The notes: generated from the sequence alone by a model not told the origin. A DNA stretch of 63,864 nt, filler included, from an uncultured Candidatus Sumerlaeota bacterium (GCA_964389675.1; 3 parts of 3 records of this genome joined end to end with filler, not necessarily neighbours in it), one strand, 5' to 3'. Shown: positions 18,701-29,407, counted from the first letter of the whole stretch. Made by a program: numbers and translations.

Positions 18701-20152
18701 TTATATCCTTATATCTTTTATCATATCAAAGGCTCTCTGATGACCCTTTTCCATGAGCTCCTTCATCGCATCAAGGTTTTCAAGGTGCTTGTCAATTAAT
18801 TTGACTATTTCAGAATCCTGTGTCTTCTCACCTGGTAATTTTCTCTCAGCACCTCCCTTAATCCTTTCAAGAGTGGTTTCAGCCAGTGTTGCGGCCTTTT
18901 TGATTGCTTGCGATGCTATATTGGCTAAATCAGGCTTTTTGTTTATCTGATTGAGCTTTTGTTTAACGGTTTCAGACTGTTTGACAGGTGATGGCCCCTC
19001 TTTATCAGGCCCCGCACGTTGGATTCTTGCTTCCTGTACCATGGGCCCCTGTTTTATCTTCTCTGATTCAATATTGAGGTTTTTTGCTCTGTTTGCTTCT
19101 ATGCCTTGTGCTCCCTGCGGAGCGGCTGACTGCATATTCTGCCCGCCCACATGTATGTTTGCCTGGCTTTGAGCTCTTGTATGTGCTTTCAGGTCGTCAG
19201 GGGGAGGTGGTGGTGGGGTATATGGCCTGCCAGGCATCTGATTGACTTCAGTACGAATATTACCAACATTGGCTCCTGATTGGGCAGGAGTCGGTTTCGG
19301 TTCATTACTATCGCTTATATGAGCCTCTGCTCTGCCGTGCAGTGAAGAACGCGCCTGCACGTCATCAGGGGGAGGTGGAGGCGGTGGAACGGGAGGCCTT
19401 GCCGGCATCTGATTGACTTCAGTACGAATATTACCAACATTGGCTCCTGCTTGACCAGGAGGCGGTGTTGACGGCGAATTCTGGCCTCCTACATGCATAT
19501 TTACCTGGCTGCGTAGTGAAGAACCAGAACGCGACTCATCAGGGGGAGGGGGCGGTGTGGGCGCCTGAGGTTGTGGCGGTGTTGCCATATTAACCCCGCT
19601 TCTAAGCGAAGGTGCATGAGCGCTTGAACCTGGAGGAGGAGGCGGTGACGGCGGTGAATTCTGGCCTCCTACATGCATATTTACCTGGCTGCGTAGTGAA
19701 GAACCAGAACGCGACTCATCAGGGGGAGGGGGCGGTGTGGGCGCCTGAGGTTGTGGCGGTGTTGCCATATTAACCCCGCTTCTAAGCGAAGGTGCATGAG
19801 CGCTTGAACCTGGCTGAGGGGGAGGTGATGGTGGCACATTCTGGCCTCCTACATGAAGGTTTGCCTGGCTTCTTGGTCCAAAATTATTTATTTGGGGTTT
19901 TGGTACACTGCTTTGCTGTGACATAGGTTTTATTTGCATTTTTGAATCCGCCAGGGATGTAATTCCGGTATCCCCTATCATCTTTGTCTGTGATACTTTT
20001 TGTGCAATATCACCAAAGCTTGATGTTATTGAAGATAATCCGGATTGTATTCCTTTTGGGCCGGCATTCCTGACGGCCTGATTTACAGCATTGTTAATAG
20101 TGGGAAAGGTATTAGACAATGCTCTAGTGTTTCCTATTCCTGTAATTCCCAT
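18701..20152 (-). CDS. Proline-rich tandem-repeat protein of unknown function
   Basis: AAAGGAG RBS before ATG 20152 (MGITGIG...); poly-Pro tracts separated by repeated motifs; helical C-terminus; has its own terminator. Confidence 0.8.
   Translation of the reverse strand: MGITGIGNTRALSNTFPTINNAVNQAVRNAGPKGIQSGLSSITSSFGDIAQKVSQTKMIGDTGITSLADSKMQIKPMSQQSSVPKPQINNFGPRSQANLHVGGQNVPPSPPPQPGSSAHAPSLRSGVNMATPPQPQAPTPPPPPDESRSGSSLRSQVNMHVGGQNSPPSPPPPPGSSAHAPSLRSGVNMATPPQPQAPTPPPPPDESRSGSSLRSQVNMHVGGQNSPSTPPPGQAGANVGNIRTEVNQMPARPPVPPPPPPPDDVQARSSLHGRAEAHISDSNEPKPTPAQSGANVGNIRTEVNQMPGRPYTPPPPPPDDLKAHTRAQSQANIHVGGQNMQSAAPQGAQGIEANRAKNLNIESEKIKQGPMVQEARIQRAGPDKEGPSPVKQSETVKQKLNQINKKPDLANIASQAIKKAATLAETTLERIKGGAERKLPGEKTQDSEIVKLIDKHLENLDAMKELMEKGHQRAFDMIKDIRI
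19233..19855. repeat. Intragenic tandem repeats with 180-bp and 171-bp periods
   Basis: 19476-19633 is identical to 19656-19813; 19233-19278 is identical to 19404-19449; partial third copy at 19838-19855. Confidence 0.9.
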
Positions 20153-20390
20153 GATACTACTCCTTTGACTTTTTAATTCAACTATCAATATTATCGCTGA
20201 ATTCTCATCAATGTTGCTATTTTTGCCAATAGCATTCTATATCCTCAATAATAGCCTAAGAATATCTTTTATATAATTCAGTGATCATCAGCTACTGATA
20301 TCAGATATCAGAACTAAAAAAGCCAGGGTTTAATATGCAGTATAGACCCCGAATATTATTCAATCTGATAATTAAGGGGTCTAAAGGAAA

Positions 20391-20465
20391 TCGGGGCGAG
20401 GAGATTTGAACTCCTGACCTCAGCGTCCCGAACGCCGCGCGCTAGCCAGGCTGCGCTACGCCCCG
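20391..20465 (-). tRNA. tRNA-Pro (CGG), CCA not encoded
   Basis: CGGGGCGTAGCGCAGCCTGGCTAGCGC...TTCGGGA loop...GGAGTTCAAATCTCCTCGCCCCGA cloverleaf. Confidence 0.95.
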
Positions 20466-20649
20466 ATATGATTATTATAATCACAGGCAATATTTAGTCA
20501 ATATGATAATATTCAAATAAAGGCAAATAAAATATTATTAATAATTTTTGGGATTTTTTTTGCTTTTCTGAACTTATTATTTTATTAATCTGAATAATCC
20601 ATGGAATTTTGTATTTCTCTTAATTAATGCTTCATACAAAGGAAAAAAA

Positions 20650-22311
20650 ATGGACTGGAAAACTGTTTTATTTCAGGCAATAGGCGGACTCGGGCTTTTT
20701 CTTATGGGCATGAAAATAATGAGTGAAGGAATGCAGAGGTCCGCAGGGGACAGGCTAAGGAAAATCCTTCGAATATTGACATACAACAGGTTCATAGGTG
20801 TCATAGTCGGCTTCATTATCACAGCAATTATCCAATCCAGCAGTGCAACATCAGTCATGGTGGTAGGATTTGTAAACGCTACTCTGATGACGGTAAAACA
20901 GGCAATTGGAATAGAGCTTGGAGCTGCGGTAGGAACTACGGTAACAGGCTGGATAGTGACAATGGACATTGTCGCATATTCCATGCCAATTATAGGCGCG
21001 GGTGTCCTGATCAGGCTTTTTTCAAAAAACAGGGTAAGACAGTATATCGGGGAGGTCCTTTTCGGATTTGGTATTCTTTTCCTTGGAATGGATGCAATGA
21101 AAAGCGGCTTCGGGGCATTGAAGGACAATACTCAGTTCATGGATATATTCCGTATGATCGACGGCCTGAGCTTTGATTCAATCCTGCTCGGCGTGCTGGT
21201 TGGCACCATAGCGACTGCATTACTGCAGTCGAGCAGCGCTCTTGTAGGAATAATCCTGGCCCTTGCTTCGCAGAACATGATAAATTTTGAGGGAGCCCTT
21301 GCTGTCGTAATGGGGGCAAATATTGGGACTACAATTACAGGAATTCTGGCAAGCATAGGCGGTTCAATAAATGCAAAGAGAGCAGCATTAGCCCAGACGC
21401 TTTTTAAGTTTTTGGGAGTAATATTAGTCCTATTAGTTTTCTACCCCTTCAGGGATGTGATAGATTATGTGACTCCAGGCCCTCCGGAAGCCAGCATTAT
21501 GGTACATATTGCAATGGGGCATACGATCTTCAACATCTTTAACCTTGTCTTTTTCCTGCCTCTGGTCACACCCCTCACAGTCTTTGTTACACGCATCTTT
21601 CCTGACAGGAAGAGCCTCGAGGCAGGACTGCCGGAACAGTTTGTGAACATTGATTATAAACTAATCGAGACTCCTTCCCTCGGGATCATGGAATCGGAAA
21701 AAGAAATTTCAGTGATGGGCCGGTATGTTCTTGAAAACATGGAATCTCTGAAATCAATGAAATCATCAGATAAAAAAGATGTTTCGTCTGTATGTGATAA
21801 AATCATGAGAAATGAGGAAAAAATTGATAAGTACCAGAAATACATAACCCAGTTTCTTGTGGCGCTATCATCCAGAAGCCTTACCGACTCTGATGCACAT
21901 GCCGTAGGGAGCTATATGGGGCTTGCCCATAACCTTGAAAAACTATCAGATTATACTGAAAATATAGCCAAGATAATAGATAGAATGTCCAGAAATAACA
22001 TTGTCCTGACCAATAACGCAGTTAATACACTTAATATACTTATGGATGAAAATATAGCCTACTTTATAAATTCAATGGATAACTTCAGGAATGACATAAT
22101 GGACAGAAGCTATACAGAAAAGTCCTTTATACGAAGCAGAAGGCTAAAGAAGCTTATAAAGGATGCAAAGATAAAGCATTTCGAAAGGATAAGGGAAAAG
22201 ACAAGCAATGCAAGCATATCCATTCATTATGTCGATATACTCAATAACTTTGAGGGCATGGCATCTGAGAACTTCAATATTGCTGAAACGATATCAGGAA
22301 AAAAATATTAA
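20650..22311 (+). CDS. Na/Pi cotransporter family protein with C-terminal PhoU-like domains
   Basis: GGLGLFLMGM, QSSSATSV, second QSSSA repeat, GANIGTTIT, NLEKLSDYTENI. Confidence 0.92.
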   Translation: MDWKTVLFQAIGGLGLFLMGMKIMSEGMQRSAGDRLRKILRILTYNRFIGVIVGFIITAIIQSSSATSVMVVGFVNATLMTVKQAIGIELGAAVGTTVTGWIVTMDIVAYSMPIIGAGVLIRLFSKNRVRQYIGEVLFGFGILFLGMDAMKSGFGALKDNTQFMDIFRMIDGLSFDSILLGVLVGTIATALLQSSSALVGIILALASQNMINFEGALAVVMGANIGTTITGILASIGGSINAKRAALAQTLFKFLGVILVLLVFYPFRDVIDYVTPGPPEASIMVHIAMGHTIFNIFNLVFFLPLVTPLTVFVTRIFPDRKSLEAGLPEQFVNIDYKLIETPSLGIMESEKEISVMGRYVLENMESLKSMKSSDKKDVSSVCDKIMRNEEKIDKYQKYITQFLVALSSRSLTDSDAHAVGSYMGLAHNLEKLSDYTENIAKIIDRMSRNNIVLTNNAVNTLNILMDENIAYFINSMDNFRNDIMDRSYTEKSFIRSRRLKKLIKDAKIKHFERIREKTSNASISIHYVDILNNFEGMASENFNIAETISGKKY

Positions 22312-22370
22312 GCAAAGCCCGTCTTTTAGAAAATTTATCCTTCAGTAATCTCCTGCACTACCTATAAGCC

Positions 22371-23888
22371 TTATTGATCACTCATACGGATATTAAATTC
22401 CCAGCCGTCTGAGATGATCAGCCCAGGATTTTCTTCACTTGCACTGCAGACAGCTGCAGCTTCCTGCAGTGCCATTGGCAGCAGGATCGGCTCTTCAGGC
22501 TCAGGTGACAGTATTATGTCTATATCCTTTTGTATAACGAGCCTGTAGGGGTCCATATTGCCAAAGAAAAAATCAATATAAGCCCATTGCTCTTCAGCAC
22601 TCAGGCCTGGGATATAATGTGGGATCTGAGCAACTGATGTATCGACAGGAAGCCAGCCATAGCCTTCGAGATAGAATTCAGCCCAGAAATGCCCCCCGGG
22701 CCTGCCTGTTATCATCTGATAACCCCCGGTGGTTCTTGCAGGTATGCCAGCCGCACGGCAAAGGGCTGAAAAGTAAGCACTCTGTGCACCGCAATCCCCG
22801 AAACCGCAATTATGAACATAGACAGATTCCGGATAATTTCTCCCATCCAGGCTGAAATGAGGCGTCAGGCTGTATTCTCTCTGATTTACCACATAGCTGT
22901 ATATTCTTCTTGCTATAAAATACGGGTTTTGCTCATGGCCTGCTATCTCAATTGCTTTTTTTCTTATATCATCAGTAATGGCAATATTTTTGCCGGAAGC
23001 TGTATATTTCTTATATAATAAGCTCTCCCTGTCATAGTCCTTTATTTTGTATGGATCAACTGTGAAAGCCTGAGCATAACGCGTAAAACTGAATGTTGTC
23101 TTAATATCAAGATCTGATGTAAGCTTTTCAAGCGGGACCTCAAGATATACTGAACCAATATCACCATTGGTATCAGGAGGCTTCACTACAAACTCTTCTG
23201 GAATTACTGCTATATCCTGTATATCTTTCTGTGCTTCTGTTTCCACTGGCAGAGGGATCCATAACTTGAGAACACCTTTCTGAGGAAGCCTTTCACGGCC
23301 TGCCTTAATTCTCCATTCGCCGTTATACCTGACAGGACAACTGTATGTTTCTTGTGACTCTTTCTGCTGTTCCTGCCGGAACATCTCATTATCAATCAGC
23401 TTTTTAACAGAGTTATAATAAGCCAGATTATTGGATAAAATATCCTTATTTGACCTGATAATATCAAGATTTCTAAAAAACATATTTTTTGGTATAAGGT
23501 TGAAATACCAGTCACCTCCATCAAAATTCAGCTTTTCAATCCTTGGGTCATCAAGCCATGATTCTATCCTTTCATCAGAGACAAGGCTATTCCCCTCCAT
23601 CTCTTTTTTGACAGCATCTCTCATTTCCTCTCTATTTAAGCTGTAGTTCATCGTAATTTTCTGTATCCTCTGGTATCCTGCCCTGCAAATATCCGCTTTC
23701 CTGATATTATTTTTATCAAGATATTCATGCATTGCCTTTTTATAAAGATCCGATGATTCGCTGTACATACGATTTTTTTCCAGCCCTTCAGCTCTTGCAA
23801 GAAGTTCATCAGCCACCGAAGCCAATATGACCTCACCGTTAAATAATACAATTAACACTATCAGAATGAATTTTACGGACAGCCGCAT
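22371..23888 (-). CDS. Exported transglutaminase-like domain protein
   Basis: Signal peptide; GDCGAQS, CRAAGIPAR, HFWAEFY, WLPVD (Cys-His-Asp triad). Confidence 0.88.
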   Translation of the reverse strand: MRLSVKFILIVLIVLFNGEVILASVADELLARAEGLEKNRMYSESSDLYKKAMHEYLDKNNIRKADICRAGYQRIQKITMNYSLNREEMRDAVKKEMEGNSLVSDERIESWLDDPRIEKLNFDGGDWYFNLIPKNMFFRNLDIIRSNKDILSNNLAYYNSVKKLIDNEMFRQEQQKESQETYSCPVRYNGEWRIKAGRERLPQKGVLKLWIPLPVETEAQKDIQDIAVIPEEFVVKPPDTNGDIGSVYLEVPLEKLTSDLDIKTTFSFTRYAQAFTVDPYKIKDYDRESLLYKKYTASGKNIAITDDIRKKAIEIAGHEQNPYFIARRIYSYVVNQREYSLTPHFSLDGRNYPESVYVHNCGFGDCGAQSAYFSALCRAAGIPARTTGGYQMITGRPGGHFWAEFYLEGYGWLPVDTSVAQIPHYIPGLSAEEQWAYIDFFFGNMDPYRLVIQKDIDIILSPEPEEPILLPMALQEAAAVCSASEENPGLIISDGWEFNIRMSDQ

Positions 23889-24055
23889 ATTATATCCCTC
23901 CTGTATATGAATTGCTTTTATTTTACATTATGGTGTATTCAATTGTCTAATATTTCCTGCTTTTTATTTAATTTTTCTTTGAAAAAAGCAGGTTTAAAAA
24001 TAAAATAATAAACGAGCAGGAAATTTGTAAATAATTATTTCAGGAGAAATTATAA

Positions 24056-24577
24056 ATGTCCGGAGTTAGGGGGAAAATATTAAAAAAAGAGGGATCCTGG
24101 GTGCTTTCAGGTTCAGATAATAGGATTTATTTCGGTTATTTCAGGACAAGGTATTTTCCTCTGCTTCTATTTTTAACAGGTCTCTCCGGGCTTATCCTGA
24201 TGATAAATGCATTAATTCAATTAATAATTGGCGGCTTGAATATTGCCTTATGGATGCTTATACTGAGCCTTCTTTTGCTTTTCATCTTTATTTATCTTCT
24301 TGTACTTAAGAAAAGGAGAGAAATAGATCCACCAGTATATATCGCCGAACTGGACTTTGATAAAAAATCTGCTAAATTCTACAGGGATAATGTTTCCTAC
24401 CCTATATCCAGGATAAATATTTATTACCGGTTCAGCTTTGCAAGCAGCTGTAAGACCCTTATTGCATCTGCTGAAAACAATAAATATATTCTTGCAAAGG
24501 GAGACCCTTTTTTGATGATATACAGGCCATTTGCAGATCAGATAAATGCTTTGAGAGAAAAGATCAGCTCCTGTTAG
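24056..24577 (+). CDS. Hypothetical membrane protein (2 TM)
   Basis: AGGAG RBS; two hydrophobic helices; no recognised family. Confidence 0.65.
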   Translation: MSGVRGKILKKEGSWVLSGSDNRIYFGYFRTRYFPLLLFLTGLSGLILMINALIQLIIGGLNIALWMLILSLLLLFIFIYLLVLKKRREIDPPVYIAELDFDKKSAKFYRDNVSYPISRINIYYRFSFASSCKTLIASAENNKYILAKGDPFLMIYRPFADQINALREKISSC

Positions 24578-24723
24578 TATCCCCCCCGGGACTGATATTA
24601 TCAGACTGAAGACAGATTTTTAAATGAGCAGGGTTCCCTTCTTTCTATGACAGGCCAGTGACTGCAGGTTTAAAGGAGAGCCTGTTCCTGTCTGTATTAT
24701 TTTATCATATGCTACAAAACACC

Positions 24724-26889
24724 TCAGAACAGCCACTCGATCCTGGACCTGTATTCAGCAGTCTCACCTTCTGTAGATACTGACTGGAGAATATATATAT
24801 AATCGCCTTTATCTTTCACATGGTCGGTAAATTCATAATGAACCGGCCCTGATGATGTGCCCTGTCCGGGTATCAGGCTTTCATTGATGCATACAGGTAT
24901 ACAGGAAAGAAAATGGCTTTCTTTAGCTGATCTGACCCTGAAAAGATTGAAACCGAGATTGTCGTGTTCGGTAATAGTCATCCAGCTCACTCTGACGCTC
25001 CCGGATATGCCATGTGCATAGAAATACCCCATCTCGACAGGCAATGGAATTTCTATGGATGCTTCATTATTGTCCAGATCAGTATCCTCTGGCAGAATAT
25101 CTGTAATTATGACAGTAATGACATAATTCATAGGATCCAGGCCGGGATCAGTATTCCATGAAGCATTCACATCAAGATATGCAGAACCTGAGATTGCTCC
25201 GCATGGCACTGTATCAATCAGCTGCAGGTCAATGCCCGGTTCAAGGCTGTAATAGAAACTGATACTGGCTGAAGTTACAGGTTTATCTCCAAGATTAATG
25301 ATCCTCGCGCAAATTTCAACGATATCTCCCGGCATAGGAGATCCAGGAGTAAATGTGATACCTGAAGGGGATATAGAGGCATCTGGATCTTCTGCAGCAG
25401 CTATTTTGGTAATGAATGCATCGTATAACCCGTTCGAGGTGAGCTGCGTATAGCCCGGTTCACCTGGATCACCAATTGTAAGTGTCCCTTCAAAATTTCC
25501 TGCAGAGTATATATTATCTTCTGAATCAGTACAGATAGCATTACCCTGACATATAGCTCCGCTTAAACCCCCTATATTGCTCGCCCATAGAAAATTGCCC
25601 TCTGAATCAAGGCTGGCTGTAAAGGTATCCTGGCCTCCTGTCGGTGTTAACTGGGTATAGCCTGGTTCGGAAGGGTCGCCGAAATCAGCTGTATAGTTAA
25701 AAAATCCGGTAATATATACATTCATGCCAGAATCTATCGCTGCAGACAGGCTGTATTCTGTATAAGCCCCGCCGGCTTTCCTCGTCCAGAGATAATTTCC
25801 GGCTGCATCAAGCTTTGAGATGAATATATCCGGGCCCCCTGATGATATAAGCTGAGCATAGCCTGGCTCTGAAGGATCGCCAAAATTCCCTGTCCCATAG
25901 AAAACACCCGTAAAACAGGAGTTACCGTACTGGTCAACCGCAACACCCAGCCCTACATCATGCTCTGTACCCCCTGCTTTTCTTGTCCAGAGGAAATTGC
26001 CGTCCGTATCAAGGCTGGTAATGCATGCATCATAAGTGCCGTCAGCAGTAAGCTGGGTATAACCTGGCTCTGAAGGATCACCAAAATCTGCCGTACCTTT
26101 GAAGAATCCTGATATATATAAATTTTCAATGGCATCAATGTCAATACCGGTAGCAAAATCATCCAGAGTCCCTCCTGCTTTTCTGGCCCAGAGAAAATTG
26201 CCGTCTGTATCCAGCTTTGCAATAAATATCTCAGAATCCCCTGAGGCAACAAGCTGTGTATAGCCAGGCTCTGAAGGATCACCAAAATCTGCTGTATAAG
26301 AAAAATCTCCGGTTATATAAGGGGAACAATCCTGATGAACAGCAATTGCTGTACCCTCATCAAGGCCTGACCCTCCTGCTTTTCTGGCCCAGAGAAAATT
26401 GCCGTCTGTATCAAGCTTTGCAATAAATATCTCAAAGGACCCGCTTGATACAAGCTGTGTATAGCCTGGTTCCGAAGGGTCCCCGAAATCAGCTGTCCCC
26501 TGGAAAATTCCCGTAACATAGATATTGCTGTAAATATCAACAGCAATATCAAGCCCGTAGTCATTAGAGGCAGGCCCCCCTGCCCTTCTTGCCCATAGAA
26601 AGCCTCCATCCGGGTCCATTTTAGCAATATAGATATCAGCTGCTCCGCTTGATATAAGCTGTGTATAGCCTGGCTCTGAAGGGTCCCCGAAATCAGCTGT
26701 CCCGTTAAAGTGCCCTGTAATAAACGTATTCATGTCTTCAGAGACAGCAATACCTTCACCATATTCAGTAGCGGGTCCTCCAGCATTTCTTCCCCACAGG
26801 TATTCAGGGGCAGAGTAAACCTGCTTTCCTGAAAAGGCGAATAAGAGGAAACAGATTAAAAAAGCAGAAAAGAATTTAACAGTTTTCAT
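24724..26889 (-). CDS. Exported SBBP-type beta-propeller protein with CARDB-like and LPVE-type C-terminal domains
   Basis: GGAGG RBS before ATG 26889; seven repeats of about 67 aa with GDP(S/G)EPGY; IINLG...ETDLDNNEAS; LPVE...VSWMTITEHDNLGFNLFR. Confidence 0.8.
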   Translation of the reverse strand: MKTVKFFSAFLICFLLFAFSGKQVYSAPEYLWGRNAGGPATEYGEGIAVSEDMNTFITGHFNGTADFGDPSEPGYTQLISSGAADIYIAKMDPDGGFLWARRAGGPASNDYGLDIAVDIYSNIYVTGIFQGTADFGDPSEPGYTQLVSSGSFEIFIAKLDTDGNFLWARKAGGSGLDEGTAIAVHQDCSPYITGDFSYTADFGDPSEPGYTQLVASGDSEIFIAKLDTDGNFLWARKAGGTLDDFATGIDIDAIENLYISGFFKGTADFGDPSEPGYTQLTADGTYDACITSLDTDGNFLWTRKAGGTEHDVGLGVAVDQYGNSCFTGVFYGTGNFGDPSEPGYAQLISSGGPDIFISKLDAAGNYLWTRKAGGAYTEYSLSAAIDSGMNVYITGFFNYTADFGDPSEPGYTQLTPTGGQDTFTASLDSEGNFLWASNIGGLSGAICQGNAICTDSEDNIYSAGNFEGTLTIGDPGEPGYTQLTSNGLYDAFITKIAAAEDPDASISPSGITFTPGSPMPGDIVEICARIINLGDKPVTSASISFYYSLEPGIDLQLIDTVPCGAISGSAYLDVNASWNTDPGLDPMNYVITVIITDILPEDTDLDNNEASIEIPLPVEMGYFYAHGISGSVRVSWMTITEHDNLGFNLFRVRSAKESHFLSCIPVCINESLIPGQGTSSGPVHYEFTDHVKDKGDYIYILQSVSTEGETAEYRSRIEWLF

Positions 26890-26993
26890 AAATTTTGCCT
26901 CCATTCTATTATTATTTTTCAATGACAATACAGCAATGGGTCTTAAAGTAATCAAAGCAGCCTGATAATAAAATCATTATATTTTGCTTATAA

Positions 26994-29168
26994 TCATTTT
27001 TTGTCTTTAAGTTTGGAAAAAGCATCTGCAAAAGGTGTATTCAAGGCTTCCCTGCTTTTCTGATCCTTAAGGTAACGGGAAACTTCTCTCCTGCTCACTT
27101 TCTCGCTCTTGCGTTTCTTAAAATCAGACATTTTCTCCCTGTAGCCGCAATTACAGGTAAATATCCTGTTATCACCATCCCCTTTGATCTCAAGCCTTTT
27201 ATGGCATTCAGGGCATCTCGAATTTGAAATCTGTGATATTACCTTCCGGTAGCCACATTCCCTGTCGGAACATACAAGCATTTTGCCTTTTTTCCCATGT
27301 ACTTCAAGAAGAAACTTTCCGCACCTGCATTTCTCCTGGGTTATATTGTCATGCTTATAAACATTTTTGCTTGTAATTATCTCTTTTACAAGGCTTGTAG
27401 CATATACCTTCATGCCATCTATAAAAACTTCCGGTTTTGCAGCCCCTCTGCTGATGGATAATAGTTCCTGTTCCCATTTTGCCGTCAGCTCCGGGCTTTT
27501 AAGGTCTCCCGGCACAAGGTCTATCAGCTGAACTCCCTTGGATGTGGGATAAATATCCTTGTTTCTGTTCTCTATATAGAAGCTGTTGTACAGTTTTTCA
27601 ATAATATCCGCCCTTGTTGCAGGTGTTCCAAGCCCGCTGACTTTTTCAATTGTCTTTTTCAGTTCACTGTCATCAATAAATCTTGCCGGGTTCTCCATTG
27701 CTGACAGCAGAGTAGCCTCATTATACCTTGCGGGGGGTTTTGTCTTGTGGTTTACTGCTTTAACAGAATTCATAATATCTGTCTGCCCGGGTTTGATCAC
27801 AGAAAGGGAATTGCTGTTTTCATAATCAGCCTGATCATTATCATAGTCTTTATACACTGTTTTCCAGCCCAATTTCTGAATAATTCTGCCTTTTGCTGAA
27901 AATATCTCTCCTTCCGATTCCACTTTGACAGATGTTTCTTCATATTCACAGGGAGGATATAAGACAGCGAGGAATCTTTTTACAATCAGGTCATAGATTC
28001 TAGACTCTTCAGGGCTTAATGCAGAATGATCGACCATCTGTTCAGTAGGGATTATTGCATGGTGGTCCGAAACCCTGCTGTTATCAACAAAGCGTTTAGT
28101 TACATTAATCCCTTTTTTGAGCAGGTCCCTGATAAGCCTGCCATACTCATGGATATTAATGCTTTTAAGCCTCTCTTCCAGCGTAGGTACAATATCGTCA
28201 GTAATATACCTTGAATCAGTTCTCGGGTAAGTAACTGCCTTATGATGCTCATACAGGCCCTGCATAATAAGGGATGTCTGCTTTGCAGAAAAGCCGTAAA
28301 TACGGTTTGCATCACGCTGAAGCTCTGTAAGGTCGTAGGCAAGCGGCTGCAGCTCAGACTTTGATTGCTTCTTAAGCTGGATTACCTTTCCAGGCTTCCT
28401 GTTAACCCTGGAAACAATGCTTTCCGCGCATTCTCTATCAAATATATGAGTCTGGCCGGATTTCCTGTCCTGCCATATTAGCCCTAAACCCTTAAAACCT
28501 GCTGTTATGGTCCAGTAATCCCTGGGAATAAACTTTCTTATTTCTTCTTCACGAGCAACTATCATTGCCAGAGTTGGAGTCTGGACCCTTCCAGCGGAAA
28601 GCTGAGCATTATATTTGCACGTAAGGGCCCTTGTCACATTTAGGCCGATAAGCCAATCTGCTTCCGCCCTGCTCTGAGCAGACATGTAGAGGCTGTCATA
28701 TTCTCTTGATGGCCTTAGGCTGGAAAAGCCTTCTCTGATCGCTTTATCTGTCTGAGAGGATATCCAAAGGCGTTTTATTGTTTTTCTATACCCTGCCTTT
28801 ATTATTATCCATCTTGCCACAAGCTCGCCTTCACGCCCGGAATCTGTGGCAATTACAAGCTCAGATATGTCATTCCTTGCCAGCAGTTTCTTTATAATGC
28901 TGTATTGCTGCCTGGTCTGCTTTATCACAACCAGTTTCATTTTAACCGGAAGCATGGGGAGATATTCCAGCTTCCATGTCTTATATTCATCCCCGTATGC
29001 TTCAGGTTCTGCAAGTGTCACAAGATGCCCCAGCGCCCATGTAATTACAAACCTTCCTCCCTCTATATATCCCTTGCGCTTTTGATCGCAATGCAACACC
29101 CTGGCAATATCCCTTGCAACAGATGGCTTTTCAGCTAATATTAAAGTCTTTGGCACAGTCCTTTCCAA
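26994..29168 (-). CDS. topB: DNA topoisomerase III
   Basis: LAEKPSVARDIA, ATDSGREGE, SAGRVQTPTL, TYPRTDS catalytic Tyr, GLGTPATRA, C-terminal Cys ribbons; TTG start. Confidence 0.93.
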   Translation of the reverse strand: MERTVPKTLILAEKPSVARDIARVLHCDQKRKGYIEGGRFVITWALGHLVTLAEPEAYGDEYKTWKLEYLPMLPVKMKLVVIKQTRQQYSIIKKLLARNDISELVIATDSGREGELVARWIIIKAGYRKTIKRLWISSQTDKAIREGFSSLRPSREYDSLYMSAQSRAEADWLIGLNVTRALTCKYNAQLSAGRVQTPTLAMIVAREEEIRKFIPRDYWTITAGFKGLGLIWQDRKSGQTHIFDRECAESIVSRVNRKPGKVIQLKKQSKSELQPLAYDLTELQRDANRIYGFSAKQTSLIMQGLYEHHKAVTYPRTDSRYITDDIVPTLEERLKSINIHEYGRLIRDLLKKGINVTKRFVDNSRVSDHHAIIPTEQMVDHSALSPEESRIYDLIVKRFLAVLYPPCEYEETSVKVESEGEIFSAKGRIIQKLGWKTVYKDYDNDQADYENSNSLSVIKPGQTDIMNSVKAVNHKTKPPARYNEATLLSAMENPARFIDDSELKKTIEKVSGLGTPATRADIIEKLYNSFYIENRNKDIYPTSKGVQLIDLVPGDLKSPELTAKWEQELLSISRGAAKPEVFIDGMKVYATSLVKEIITSKNVYKHDNITQEKCRCGKFLLEVHGKKGKMLVCSDRECGYRKVISQISNSRCPECHKRLEIKGDGDNRIFTCNCGYREKMSDFKKRKSEKVSRREVSRYLKDQKSREALNTPFADAFSKLKDKK

Positions 29169-29407
29169 TCATGCTATGAACCTTTATTTTCAAATCTACA
29201 GTAGATTATACTGATTTTAATATAAAATCAATGATTTTGAATTTCAATTGACCTTCTTTTGTATCATGGTTCCAAATTTTTTATGAAACTGAAATAAAAG
29301 TGATGCAACAATTTTTTATTAAAGATCTTCAGATCCGGTTAAGCCAAAATATTGACACTGGCAAAAAAAGAATATAATATCAGAAAGCTCTTTTAAGGAA
29401 CTAATTA

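Noticed and set aside
19233-19855. Repeats as a CRISPR array
   Set aside because: In-frame coding repeats with multiples-of-three periods, no unique spacers and no cas genes
25400-26800. Periodic repeats as CRISPR or DGR template/variable repeats
   Set aside because: They encode beta-propeller blades; no adenine-specific variation noticed and no reverse transcriptase in the window
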